NCBI RefSeq assembly: GCF_009914755.1
Contig: NC_060942.1
DNA length: 64,000 nt
DNA from: the human T2T-CHM13v2.0 reference genome, Homo sapiens
Strand: one strand, 5' to 3'
Shown: positions 38,701 through 52,479 of the stretch, piece by piece
Layout: every line of letters starts with the position of its first letter
Numbering within the stretch: position 1 is the first letter of the stretch
Notes under the pieces: generated by a model
The model's input: only the letters and a program-made list of their open reading frames with translations
Told to the model about the DNA's origin: nothing
The model's database searches: none
Made by a program: the position numbers and the translations under genes

Positions 38701-41359
38701 GAATCTCTTAACCCAACGATAATGAAGATCACTTGGATTCTCTAATGCCCTGCTTTTTATTTGTGTTTAGGCAATGCTTCACTGACTTAAGCTATTTAAA
38801 TGTTTAATCTAAAAAGTCATCCTGATAAGAACTCATATAGTCAGGAACCAAATGAACCAGGCCAAAACAAGAGCAACTGTTGAACATGTGCAGATGCCCT
38901 GAACTTTGGAATGAATTAAATAATTTAGCTTCCCAATTATGTTTCACTTATGCTTTTACTACAACTCAACAAATGCTTTCGAACCACTGAACCCAATACA
39001 TTTTTTGTTGTTTTAGAGTAAATTTTTAAATCTTAAGTTGTAGTTAAAAAATTAAAGTGGGATGGGAGGTGATGGCCCAAGCCTTGCAACAATGCACGTT
39101 CATTGCAACCACCGTGACCATGGATAACAGGAGCAGACGAGGGAATGCTGATGTGAGGATTATAACATTCATATAGAAAATTAATTGGGTATTTTGTGGC
39201 TTATTTTTCCCATCTTATTGATTAGACCACTGAAACCCAATGATTAAGTGATTTACCTGAATCTAACCATTTCAGATTTTATGAGAGCTTGAAAATGATG
39301 CAGAATTTTTTGCCTTCGAATTCCTCGCCCGCCAATTAATGGTAGAGAAAAATAAGAAATCGGTTCTCTAGATTCTCACTTCAATGTTCTTTCTACTACA
39401 TCATGCCACCCCTTTATTTGGTGTGTAAACATATTAGCAGGTTTGTGATTAAAAGGAGAGGTGAAGGAAAGTCTCACCAATTATTTTGCTCCATCTCTTC
39501 CCACTGTTGCTAAGTTAATAATTATTTGCCTGACAGCAAAAGGACATTCCACAGGAAGACTGCTTTTGTGTGCAAAGTTCCTCCATACTCCCTCTTTTCC
39601 TTTTTCTGCAACTAGATGTTGTGAAAGGGAGAATCCATGAAGGGACCAAGCAATAGTCAATTTAAATCCAAACCACCACACAAGAACATCAAGCAGAAAC
39701 ACCTTTTAATTGCCTGGACTGGTATTGACTATCGAGTCACTTGTATGACTGCCTTGCTCTGGTTCAAGTTTACTGTGCCTTGAAAAGTCAATCTAAAAGA
39801 GAAGAATGAATCTGAGGGAGTAGAGTCCCCTGGGGTCAAGGTGACAAAACTGAGACTGCAGTCACAAACTAAAGGAGAAAAATTTCATTGTCGCCTATAA
39901 GTCTTTCTTAACTTTCGAATTACAGATTTGTGTTTCTGTAGCTTGTCATTCAATTCATAGCTTGTCACTTAAGTTGAAGGGTAAAAGTTCTCTCCTTTTA
40001 CCATGAGACAAATACAATTTTACAGACTTGTTGGCATATGTAAGAATCAAATTGTTCTGGGCTTCCCTTTCTTATCAAAATAAACGTGGTTCCAACTGAA
40101 AGCTGAGGTCCTTCTTCCCCAGCCTATTCCTATCATGCCAGCACTTCTAGAATAGCAATTCATCTCAACCGTATGTTCAGGATCATGCACCACTGATGTT
40201 CCCCAGTATGGCCAGGGCTTCTGGGGAATGTCATGACCTCAATATATAAGTTTACTTCTATACCCTCGATGCCAACAAGACAGGAGGAAATATGGATAGG
40301 TTAACCCCCAAGGACAGCAAGAAGGAGAGTGATAAGGATGGCAGGTAGCAAAAAGCAAAATTTTGGAATTCTGAAAGGTGGATGGATAAATAGTAACTGA
40401 ATTAATACCCTGGTGGGGAACAAATAACTACAACTCGCTGCTGAACAAGTAAGTGTGGGCTGTAGTACTCCAGGACAACACAAGAATTGAGGCAATGGGT
40501 CACTTTGATGGTAGCAGTGCAGAATAAGACAGAAAACAGGTGAAAAGGGCAAAGGGACATTAGACATTAGACCTACAGACTCTCCCTGGTCCCACAGAGC
40601 TGAGCAATTGGATATCCTTACTTCAGCAGAAGAGGGAATGCTCTTTCTAGAGAGATTAAATCAGAGAGGAAGATTTGGGGAGTCCAGAAACAGTTGAGAG
40701 TGGGGCGAAAAATTGTACTGAAAATAGGGACTAAGTGAAAGGCAGGCAAACTGGTTGGTGAGATCCCACAGCCGTCGCTATCCTCTGGGCTCTTCTCATG
40801 CTGGAAAGTAGTCTGTTTCCCTGATGCCTCCACAGGAGATGGGAGAATTCCTCTCTGGAAAACTGGCCCAATAGGTGCTGACCTTTGGGAAGTGCCCAGT
40901 AAACAGCTAGAGGGAAACCCAGCCCCACTTGTGCACACAGACTTTTTAGTAGTTTTATTTTTCTTCACTTTCAAATAGATATGGATGTTTAAATATTGCC
41001 AAATATTTATAAGATCTTCTAAAATAGAGAAAGTAAAACCAGCAAATAGGAATCCAAGAGAAATGGAGAAGTCTGCTGAAAGCAGAAAACAATCTCAAAT
41101 AAAACATAACTTTAATATTTTGACAGAGATAAGAAAATATTAAGCAATCATATAGTAAGAACAGGTAGCTATAAAATAAGGGAGAAACTTTCAAATAATA
41201 AGAAAAAGTGTTCAGAAATTAAAAATTGGGTTTCCTGATAGAAGGAATAAAAAACACAGTAGAATGATTGGAAGATAACATTGAGGAAATATCTCACAAT
41301 AGATAAGAAGACAAATATAGAATGTAGGAGAAAAGAAAAATTAGAAGGTCAGTCTAGGA

Positions 41360-41547
41360 CAGTGATTCTCTAAATTTCCTTGCATCAGAATCAGCTGGCG
41401 GGCTTGTTAACATTCAGATTGCAAGGCCCCACACCTAGAGTTTCTAATTCAGAAGGTCTAGAATTCAACCTAGGAATATACATTTCTAACAAGTTACCGG
41501 ATAGATCCGATGCTACTGGTCTGTGAACAGGACTTTGAAAACTACTG
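41360..41547 (+). mobile_element. MER5A hAT-Charlie MITE
   Basis: cagtgattctc...tgcatcagaatcagctggcgggcttgttaa...catttctaacaagtt...ctttgaaaactactg; 8-bp TSD gtctagga/ttctagga. Confidence 0.88.
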
Positions 41548-41773
41548 TTCTAGGAGATTCAACATGTGCATCACAGCATTTCTTGATAGACAAAACCAGA
41601 AAGCAGAGAGGAGGAAATGATAATAGAAACAATCCAATAAGGATATGAATTTCTGGAATGAAAGGACCCAGGTCATCTAGTTCCCAGCACAATAAATGCG
41701 AAAAGATTCATCCTAAGGGACATGATGACATTTCAGAACTTTAGGGAAAAATACATCAGGGACACACATGCCA

Positions 41774-41983
41774 AGGAAGGAAGGGAGGAAGGGAGGGAGG
41801 GTGGGAGGGAGGAAGGGAGAAAGGAAGGAAAGGGAGGGAGGGAGGGAGGGAAGGAAGGAAGGAAAGAAAGGGAGGGAAAGAGAGAGAGAAAGAAAGAAAG
41901 AGAAAGAAGCGAAAAGAAGAAAACAAGGGATGGAAGGAAGGAGGGAGGGAGGGAAGTAAGGAGAAAGAAAAGAAAGAAAGAAA
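41774..41983. repeat. Polypurine (GGAA/GGGA/GAAA)n tract
   Basis: Read directly. Confidence 0.93.
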
Positions 41984-42003
41984 ATTAACACATTCACATT
42001 TGC

Positions 42004-42304
42004 TGTCTTAGTCCATTTTGGCTGCTATAACAAAATAGCATAAACTGAGTGGCTTACACCAAAATTTGTTTCTAGAGGCTGGGAAGTTCAAGATTAAGGT
42101 GCCTGCTTTCTGGTTCATAGACAGCACCTTCTTGTGTCCTCATGTGGTGGAAGTGACAATGCAACTCACTGGGTTTATTTTATAAGAGCACTGGTCCCAT
42201 TCATGAGGGCTCCACAATGATGACCCAATCGCTCCCTAAACACCCTGGGGACTAGGATTTCAAAATATGAATGTTAGGGGAAAACAAACATTCAGACCAT
42301 ACCA
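42004..42304 (-). mobile_element. MLT1A-like MaLR solo LTR (internally deleted)
   Basis: tgtcttagtccattttggctgctataacaaaata...cccattcatgagggctccac...caaacattcagaccatacca. Confidence 0.82.
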
Positions 42305-42988
42305 TTCCCATACAAAAAATAAAAGAATCAGAGTAGACTCACACTTCTTAATAGCAACACTGATAAAACAAAGACAGTTAAAGAATGTATTTCATGTCTT
42401 AGGAGAAACAATTTTCAAAGTTAGAATTCTGTGTGCAGCCAAGTTTCAAACAAATGTAAGGTCTTTTTCCCAACATTAAGTTTTCAATAATTTTGCATCC
42501 TAAGTAACGTTTCTCAGGAAGCCACTTAAGAATGAGCTTCTATTAAAATGGGAAAGAACCAATAAAGAGGAAGACTCAGAACCCAAGAAAAGCAGATCCT
42601 CTTCAGGAAAGAGGCAAAGGGAAGTTCTCAGGTGGTGCTAGAAGGGATGCTTCCAGATGACAGCTGAGTGGCAGTTTGCTGAGTTTCGAGTGGACTAGTA
42701 GTGGCTCCAGGAGGAGTGTTGTACTGCTAAGTGGACCTAGATGTGTTCACCTTCACTGGGCAAAAGGTTGTAGTTCTGTAGGGACAGTTGGGGTAATAAT
42801 TATTGATAAATAATTAGGCACATAAAAATATTCACCCTAGCTAAAACAAAAATTTTTATAAGAAAGGATATGTCATCCTTCTATGCTGTGACTCTACAAT
42901 GCAGAAAACTCATAGTAATGAATATATATTATATATAAATGCTACATCTATATTGACAGAAAGTAAAAGAAGAAGTATGTTTTGAATA

Positions 42989-43380
42989 GAGACAGAAAAC
43001 TACATTCTCGCTTTCCATAGTAGAAAGTCATTTAACAATGTTAAAGTGGAAACATCACAAAATAAGAACACTATTTAGAAATAAGAGAAGAATTGATATG
43101 AGTTGAGAGTGGTCACTCCTAAAAGCAATAATTTTATCTAAGTAGAGCTGTGTCAGGAGATACTTGCTTTATCATTATGGACTGGAGACAGAAAACTACA
43201 TTCTCACTTTCCATAGTAGAAAGTCATTTAACAATGTTAAAGTGGAAACATCACAAAATAAGAACATTATTTAGAAATAAGAGAAGAATTCATATGAGTT
43301 GAGAGTGGTCACTTCTAAAAGCAATAATTTTATCTAAGTAGAGCTGTGTCAGCAGATAGTTGCTTTATCATTATGGCCTG
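42989..43380. repeat. Head-to-tail tandem duplication, 196-bp unit
   Basis: gagacagaaaactacattctc starts at 42989 and 43185; about 7 substitutions between copies by eye. Confidence 0.95.
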
Positions 43381-43645
43381 GAGGTTTAATTTGACATTTA
43401 CTATGGACATGTAATACTTTGCTGCTAACAAAACTTCTTAAAGAAAAGAAAGAGAACTTAATCTTAGGCATGAACAAATCAGAGAAAACTGAATTATTTT
43501 GAGAGGAAGGAATGGGTGGAAGATAAATCTGGATTCCTTCCAGAGGTGTTGTGGGCCTGAGAAGATTAAGTTTAGGGAGCTAGTCCAGATAGCTGTACCT
43601 ATGTTCCCTCATCTAAGGAAGGAAACTTTTGCTACATTTTTTTAA

Positions 43646-44046
<401 letters not shown>

Positions 44047-45291
44047 CAGTGGCCCCAAAAATCTTAATGCAAAAATCCTACTGATACCATCTTCCTGTTA
44101 TATGATGCGGCCATTAATTTAATTGAACCAAGGTCATGAAATGAGTCTATGCAGATGCAGCCCCCATTTGGGTGCTGTATAAATGCCCTCCCTCCAACAC
44201 TGAATGCAGGACAGCCTCTCAGATGCTGCCCTCTGCAATCTCCTCACCAAATTTCTGATTCAAACAAGCAAGGCAGGTCAATAGACAGTTTTATTGGCCC
44301 TTTTGGGACATGACTGCAGAATATTAGAACTTCTCTTTATAGGTCCCTTGGTAATTGACTGTGTTTACAAAATTATGAGAAAAGCCATCTAGTAGTTAGA
44401 CCTTCTTATCCCTTTTCCAATTTTCAGTAGGCTGAAGGTGAAGCCAGGACATTGAGTTTGATGTGTGGTTTTGGCATGGCAGGATCTCTTGTTTCTAACA
44501 CAATCAAAGAGCTGAGGGCTGATGGGTTAGAATATTTGGGTTTGCTCCACCATTAATTTACTCTAACAGGGACACTTCTGGGTATGACTTGCTACTATAG
44601 GAAGAGCTGTGCTATGCTTTGGAAATGCTATTTGTTGATGAAACACTAATTGTAAAATAGTTACCTCGGAGAACTCAAATGTAATTACATTAAGTTTAAT
44701 TACATATCATTAATTATATAAAATATTTAAATTGTTATGTTGAATTGTGCTGCACTAGTTGCCTTACATTTTGCTGGTGTGTGGAGCAGATGTGCTTGAA
44801 GAGTTTGGATGTCATCCAGAAGTTAGTGAATTGTAACTGTTTAGATAATCGGAGCCTGATTTATACCATCTATTGAAAAACAATAGCTACATATTTTCAG
44901 TGATGCAACATTATTGAGTATAGGGAGGAAGTAGCTTATGCCTACCTGATGTTTTGGTAATTATAGTTTACTACCGACTTTAAGTTTAATCAACCACATA
45001 TAAGGAAGTCAATGCCTAATTTCTCATGTGCATCAATAGCTGTGAACAGTAATTTTTATTTATATTGGGGAGAACAATTTTTTTCTCTGCCTATGAAACT
45101 GACAATTTTTTTAGGATGCCTGAATTATCAAAGGAATCTAGAGTTCAATCATTTGCCTTGTTTCTCAGAGGTTCACTTGCTCAAATTAATTCACCATCAA
45201 TTTTAAAATGTCTCTAGACTTCACTTATATCAAATTCTCTAATATGATTGAAAGCATGGTGAAGTATCCATATAAGGAAAGTAAGAAATTC

Positions 45292-45585
45292 GGCCGGGTG
45301 CTGTGACTCATGCCTGTACTTTGAGAGACCTAGGCAGGCAGATCACCAGGTCAGGAGTTCAAGACCAGCCTGGCCAACACGGTGAAACCCTGTCTCTAAT
45401 AAAAGAAAAAAATACAAAATTAGCCGGGTGTGGTGGTGTGCACCTGTAATCGCAGCTACTCGGTGGAGCTGAGACAGGCGAGTTGCTTGAACCCAGGAGG
45501 CGGAGGTTGCGGTGAGCCAAGATGTTGCCACTACACTCCAGCTTGGGCGACAGAGTGAGACTCCGTTACAAAAAAAGAAAAAAAA
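45292..45585 (+). mobile_element. AluS (Sg/Sc-like)
   Basis: Full dimer with small 5' deletion; perfect TSD gaaagtaagaaattc at 45277-45291 and 45586-45600. Confidence 0.9.
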
Positions 45586-46979
45586 GAAAGTAAGAAATTC
45601 ATACAGACTAACAATAGATTTTTCTTTTCCAATATGTGAATATAAAACCTACTATGTACTTAAGGGATCTGACACTAGAAAATGTAATGATTGATCTTAA
45701 GTTTTGGTAAACAAATAGCAGTACTAGAATTTCCTCTCTTAAATAATTTGCTTTCATATTTATATCCATTTGGAGTGGAGCAAAGCAGAGAAACAGTCAT
45801 TTAAATATAAATGCTACAGAGAGAAAAATATTTATGATTCGTGTTTCTGCCAATCAAATAAATGGTACCATTTAAAATTTTAGTTTATTTTTGTCTGTGC
45901 AGATATTATCTACTATTAACAGTACTTTGGCTCAATTCAGATTATTGTGACTAAATTTCTCAAAAATTGGAAAGCACAGAATCAATTTGTCTAAAGAAAA
46001 TAACTTGTTAGTATGTCACCAGCCATAAATCATGACATGTCACTTCTACTACCTTTGAAGAGGATCTATTCTACAGAAGTTCATTTTTAGAATTACCTCT
46101 GCTTATAATTTGAAGAAAATACTTTTTTCCCCAGAAAATACTTTTTTTTCCTCAGAAATACTCCCAGGTATTTTGATGAAAAATAATTAAAATTATCTCA
46201 TATAATTGTATATACATCTGTATATGTGTTTGTTGGTATCAGGGATCATCTAATAAGAACGAAATTGAATTCTGTAAAAGTTATGTTGACTATGCCAGAA
46301 GGTACAATCTGTGAGTCAAAATTTGAGGGGCAAAGGGAGGGATTACAGTTACAAGGGAGGATATGGAATAGAGCCAGTATCTGTTGAGACTGAAGATAGG
46401 CCCAAATGAGGAGAGGGACTTTGAGCAGGCTTGTGTGCAGGAAGATTTGAGAAAGCTCAGTTTGTCACTTCAGCCTAGCAGCCTTCCCAGGGCTGAAGGT
46501 AACTTTGGTGGAATTAGGAGTTGGTTTGCCCCAACCCCCAAATGGTAGTAGATGACATATGCCAGTGACAATGTCATCCAAGCATCCTAAGCATAAATAC
46601 TGCAGGTGATTCATGAAACAAGTATTATTATTGATATATGTCTTATCTATTTTGATTTGAAACTTGCCTTCCAACCATGACACGAGTTCTATTTTATTTC
46701 CTAAATCTTCATTTTGACTTTGGCCTGTTGTAAGCCTGTTCCAGGCTCAGACCTTGCAGGAGACATTAGGGCTTCTTTGTCTTCAAGGAGCAACAGGGGT
46801 GTCAAAGCTATCTTAGAATCCCACTCCTTTCCTATGACAGTTTCAGGAAATAAGAACAATTTATCCATGACAGCTTTAGAAACACGATCTACTAATTTAT
46901 GCACTGCTTCTTCTTGAATAATTGGGATCCAGTCACGCTCTGCATAACAGCCCCTGGCTTTGGGAGGGTCCAGGCTTAC

Positions 46980-47033
46980 CAACTGCTTCCCCTGGAGGGG
47001 GAAGAGCTGGAGGGTGAGCAGATTGTGCCTTCC
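46980..47033 (-). other. Candidate 54-nt internal (cassette) exon
   Basis: Minus strand: CTAAC/CTAAT branch-point-like motifs, long polypyrimidine tract, TGCTTAG acceptor, 54 nt open in all three frames, TTG|GTAAGC donor; no transcript evidence available. Confidence 0.4.
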
Positions 47034-48171
47034 CTAAGCAAAGAAAGAAAGAAAGAAAGTAAAAGAAATTAGGGGTGGTAAGGAGGTTAGAAGACAAAGG
47101 AGGAAGCATTTGATAGGTCATCTGTCAGTAGGCCTTGATAAAGGCTGGTAAGAGAACAATGGAAAACCACTTCAAAGTGAACAATGCCACACTGAGTATG
47201 TGCCAGTTTAAACAAAAAAGAAAGAAGACATGTCAGCTATTAAACACATTCATTGAGGGGCGTCTTTTTAACCCCTTACTTTTCCCACTATTTTTCTTTC
47301 CTTAACGAGTAGAGAAGGAAAAAAAAACAACAACAAAAAAAAACAGTGAGTCTGTCAAAGCAGGAGGGAAGCATGAGGTTGCCAGCTTTCCGGAAAGTCA
47401 GGCAGAGATATTTGCATTAATTGAATATTAATTTCAGGATGGAGGTTGTGTAGACAATGGAAAAGAGGTGACTTTTTGATGGTTTCAGGTAATCTCATGT
47501 GTTTGAGAATTTCAGAGAGTGGGGCTCCCCGACTTGTTTTTTATTTTCAATATATTCAAAATAAAGCAGGATTAAAAACTTAATTTGAAGTTTGGGAGAA
47601 TAAGCTAATAAGATTTTAGATTTTAAAGCTCTAATTCATGGACAGGAGGTACAGAACAAAAAGGGCATTTTCACATCTACTCAGACTACATTTTTGTGAT
47701 AACCAGAAAAGAGAAAAATCGGCAAAAGAAAAATTTAATTAAGTGCTGTTAGTTCACAAGATGATCTCTCATCTTGAAAGTGTCTGATGTGCTAGTCTAT
47801 GCTATGAATTTAGAGATGAAAGAATAAATATCAAAATGTAATAAGAACATAATACTCTGGGAAATTCTATGTGGGTTTAGAACAGTGTGCTACCCAGCCC
47901 CCAAAGCCATCTTTGATGGAAGAGCAGAGTAATGGCTTTTTCTTTGTGAACTTCTCAAATAATGGAAGCCTTGGTTAAAACAAATATTTCCAATATCTGA
48001 TCAATTTGACAGAGGTTCCTACTGAAAGTTGATGTTTCTGTAAGTGAAGAACAGTTCATCTTTCTACCATGGTTGGTTGGCTTGGTTCAAATGAAATATA
48101 GAGCTTCAACAAATTATTTTGGTGCTCAACTCTTGTCTCTTCAGTTAGACATGCATGCCTTGTGGTCATGG

Positions 48172-48859
48172 TGTAACCACCCAGTGGGTTCACCCTGTCC
48201 GCTGCCTAGCAGAGCTGATTTATCAAGACAGGGGAATTGTAATAGAGAAAGAGTAATTCACGCAGAGCTGGCCGCACTGGAGACCTGGAGTTTTGTTATT
48301 ACTCAAATCAGTCTCCCGGAGAATTTGGAGGATCAGAGTTTTTAAGGATGACTTGGTGGGCAGGGGAAAACCAGTGAGCCAGGAGTGTTGATTGGTTAGG
48401 TAGGAAATGAAATCATGAGAAGTTGAAGCTGTCCTCTTGTGCTGAGTCTGTTCCTGGGTGGGGGCCGCAAGATTAGATGAGCCAGTTTATCCATCTTAGT
48501 GGTGCCAGCAGATCCATCAAGTGCAGAGTCTGCAAAATATCTCAAGCACTGATTTTGGGAGCAGTTTAGGGAGGGTCAGAATCTTGTAGCCTCCAGCTGC
48601 AGGACTCCTAAACCATAATTTCTAATCTTGTGGCTAATTTGTTATTCCTACAAAGGCAGTCTAGTCCTCAGGCAAGAAGGAGATTTGTTTTGGGAAAGGA
48701 CTGTTATCATCTTTGTTTTAAACTATAAGTTCCTTGCAAAGTTAGTTCAGCCTATGCCCAAGAAGGAACAAGGACAGCTTAAAGGTTAGAACCAAGATGG
48801 AATTGGTTAGATTAGATCTCTTTCACTGTATAAGTCATAATTTTGCAAAGGCGGTTTCA
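48172..48859 (-). mobile_element. LTR8 solo LTR (ERV1)
   Basis: Minus strand starts tgaaaccgcctttgcaaaattatgact and ends ...ggttaca; 4-bp TSD ATGG at 48168-48171 and 48860-48863. Confidence 0.92.
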
Positions 48860-48924
48860 ATGGTCCATGTCTCATCTGTCTTTTGCTGCCCTCCACATTG
48901 GCAAATACACGGTGCATATATTGG

Positions 48925-49119
48925 TTTGTTTATTCATTTATTCAAAGTATCTAGAAATAGTTATTGAGTTCCTACTGTATCAGGCATGCTTCTTGATGCT
49001 GTACATTCAGCAGAAAACATCATAAAACCCCACCTCCATGGGGGTTACTGTTCTAGTCCAGGACAACAGATAAGAAATAGCAATGACATTCAGATATTGT
49101 AGGTAAGGAGAAGCGTTTG

Positions 49120-49151
<32 letters not shown>

Positions 49152-49400
49152 ACACAAAGTGTGGTAGGGAAAGAGAAAGTAACAAGTGTGTTTTTTAGGT
49201 CTGGTGGTCACAGACTGTCTCTGTGAGGAAATAACAATTAGAGAGGCAACTAAATGAGATGTAGGACTGCCTACCCAAATGCCTATGGGAAGAGGGTTTC
49301 CTCAGAGGAAAGAGCCAACACTAAGGCTCTGAGGGAATTGCACTTGATGTGTTCTTCAAACATCAAAGAGTCAGCATTCTTGGACAAAATGACCAAGATG
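48925..49400 (-). mobile_element. L2 3' remnant
   Basis: tttattcatttattcaa...ttattgagttcctactgtatcaggcatg; boundaries approximate. Confidence 0.55.
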
Positions 49401-49811
49401 ACGCAACCTCTGTTACCCACTGTTGTCTTTTAAATTTTAGAAACTTGTTCGGGGCTGACTTTCAGTAAGGTGTATTTTCATATAAAAGATTGCACTCAGC
49501 CTTTCATTCTTACTTTCTAGTATCAATTTTACCTCTTCAAAGTCAAACTATTCCAGAGCTAGAGAATACAGGAAGGATGTGGATGGAAGACCAGGATGTG
49601 ACCAGTGTTACCCCTGGAAATGAAGATGGACTTAAGTGACTCAGTCCTAAATGAAATCAGGATATGTCTAAGTAAAATGCTATCACTTCTATTGTGTTCA
49701 AATTCTTTAACTATAAAGTTTGGGTGAAATCATGGTTGAGAAAATTATTAAATGTCCATTGTTAGGTCTCTTTCCTATATAGATTCATAATATGCAAATA
49801 GGACAAGTTTA

Positions 49812-50194
<383 letters not shown>

Positions 50195-50808
50195 CTATTC
50201 TATTTTGACTCTCTATGTAAAATACTGTCCTTATCATTGAGAAATAATTTTGTGTTTTCTTCCAAAGCTTCCCCAGCAGGGTCTTTGACATCGGAGTTTT
50301 TTCCCCTCATGTTGTCATTGGAAGCAGCTGTTACAAGTCATAACAGAGCTTATATTTATCATTAACTTAGTGACCCCTGCTGGGGAGGCTTAACATAATC
50401 ATCCTTAAATTCAAAGTTGGGGTTTCAACAAAATAGGTGCTTGGACCTCAAACATGAGTTCTTCATAATCCAAGACAATGGATTTTGCAAGTTACTCAAC
50501 CAGTCCCACCACTGGAGGCTTCAAGGAACTCACGGTCACCAATTGAGAGAGAATAACCCTTGTCACATGACTGAGTGTGTGACTGATTCTAAAAGTGACA
50601 CATTTGGCATTAGCACACTTCTCCTGGTTGTCTGCCTCTGCTCCCTCACCTTGCTGGCTCTTTTTAATGTTATCTGCCAAGTGACACTTTTTGATCTCTT
50701 TCCAATATGCCTTTAAAAAAATCAAAAGGCTTAGATGATGTAGTTTTCTATCAGAATCTTTTCTTTTTTCCCCGTCACAATAGCATTGCTCAGTATCATA
50801 TGCCAACC

Positions 50809-51111
<303 letters not shown>

Positions 51112-51764
51112 TCATATGCTGAACTTTTTCCCATCACATTTGCAGAACGAAACTCTTGAAAAGGAAGTAAATACCCCATAAAGCAGAGGACTTATATTTT
51201 TATTTTCATGAATAATTAAAAAGCCAGATACACTTCTGTTGAAGTGTAAGCTTTTATCGTGTCGACCCTTGCAAATTGTTAGATTCTCCCTATCTCCATC
51301 CCAGACCACTTTGGCATAACCAATCAGTTTAGGTAAACCAATATTAGTGTCCACCGCCTAATATTAACCTCTATGTACAAAAACAAAAAACAAAAACAAA
51401 ACAACAATACTTCAGTTTTGTTTATGCCTCAGAATAACAAATGTTAGTATACAACGTGGGTATTAAAAGGTCTGTGATTTGTTAGAATTGACCTAAGCAT
51501 ATTTAACAATAAAATTTTTAAACGAATATTTGTTTTAAATAGTTCTATTAAAAGCAATATGTGTGTATACGCTTCATAATTAGTTTACAAGCTATTCACT
51601 ATAAGATGTCAATAGATAAACCTAAATTATCTAAAATCCAACTATCTGAATCTTTCCACTAGTTCTACAGTAAGAGATTTTCTAAGTGTATCCAATTTTT
51701 ATGGAAATGGGTAGAGAGAGAGAGAGAGAGATTGAACAAGATGATATAAGCACAAAACAGTTCA

Positions 51765-52020
51765 TTTTCTCCCGTTTCTTTCCTTACTTCCTCATTCCTT
51801 CTCCCTTCCTTTCTTTCTTCCTTCTAACCCTCTCTTCCTTCCAAATATCCCTCCCTCCCTTTCTTCTTCCTAATTCGTCCTCCCTTCCTCCCTTCCTTCC
51901 CTCCTTCCCTCTTTCCTCTTTTTCCCCTTCCCCCTTGCCCCCTTCCCCCCTTCCCTCCTTCCTTCTTCCCTTGCAAAGAAAGGAGCTTCCTTCTTTCCTT
52001 TCCCTCTTTACCTTTTTTGT
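51765..52020. repeat. Polypyrimidine (CCTT/CCCT)-rich low-complexity tract
   Basis: Read directly. Confidence 0.9.
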
Positions 52021-52061
52021 CCACCTTTGATGAAGACCTCACATTGAATAGAATTCTACTT

Positions 52062-52356
<295 letters not shown>

Positions 52357-52479
52357 ATTTGACTTAATTTAGTGTATTTTGTATCTAGAGACATAATAAA
52401 CTCTTGCTGTTTAGGAAAGAAATTCAGTGGGTTAGAAGAAGGTAGAGACACTCGTTATATGATAAAAGTCCCTCCCATT

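Larger units (their letters stand above)
40950..43440 (+). mobile_element. HAL1 (half-L1) remnant with nested insertions
   Basis: ORF1-like A-rich sequence and HAL1-type tttctcaggaagccactt...aaagaggaagactcagaacccaagaaaagcagatcc...ggaaagaggcaaagggaag...gatgacagctg; boundaries approximate. Confidence 0.6.

Noticed and set aside
41713-41997. REGGRE-/PSFLP-rich ORFs (also at 23983-24408 and 51686-52042)
   Set aside because: Translations of polypurine/polypyrimidine simple repeats.
46701-46982. Protein-like 93-aa minus-strand ORF (IQEEAVHKLVDRVSKAV...)
   Set aside because: Non-ATG start coincides with the GTAAGC donor, so it would be intronic; no recognisable homology.
47410-47417. Octamer ATTTGCAT and other scattered octamer copies
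   Set aside because: Several copies are expected by chance in 64 kb of AT-rich DNA; no clear clustering.
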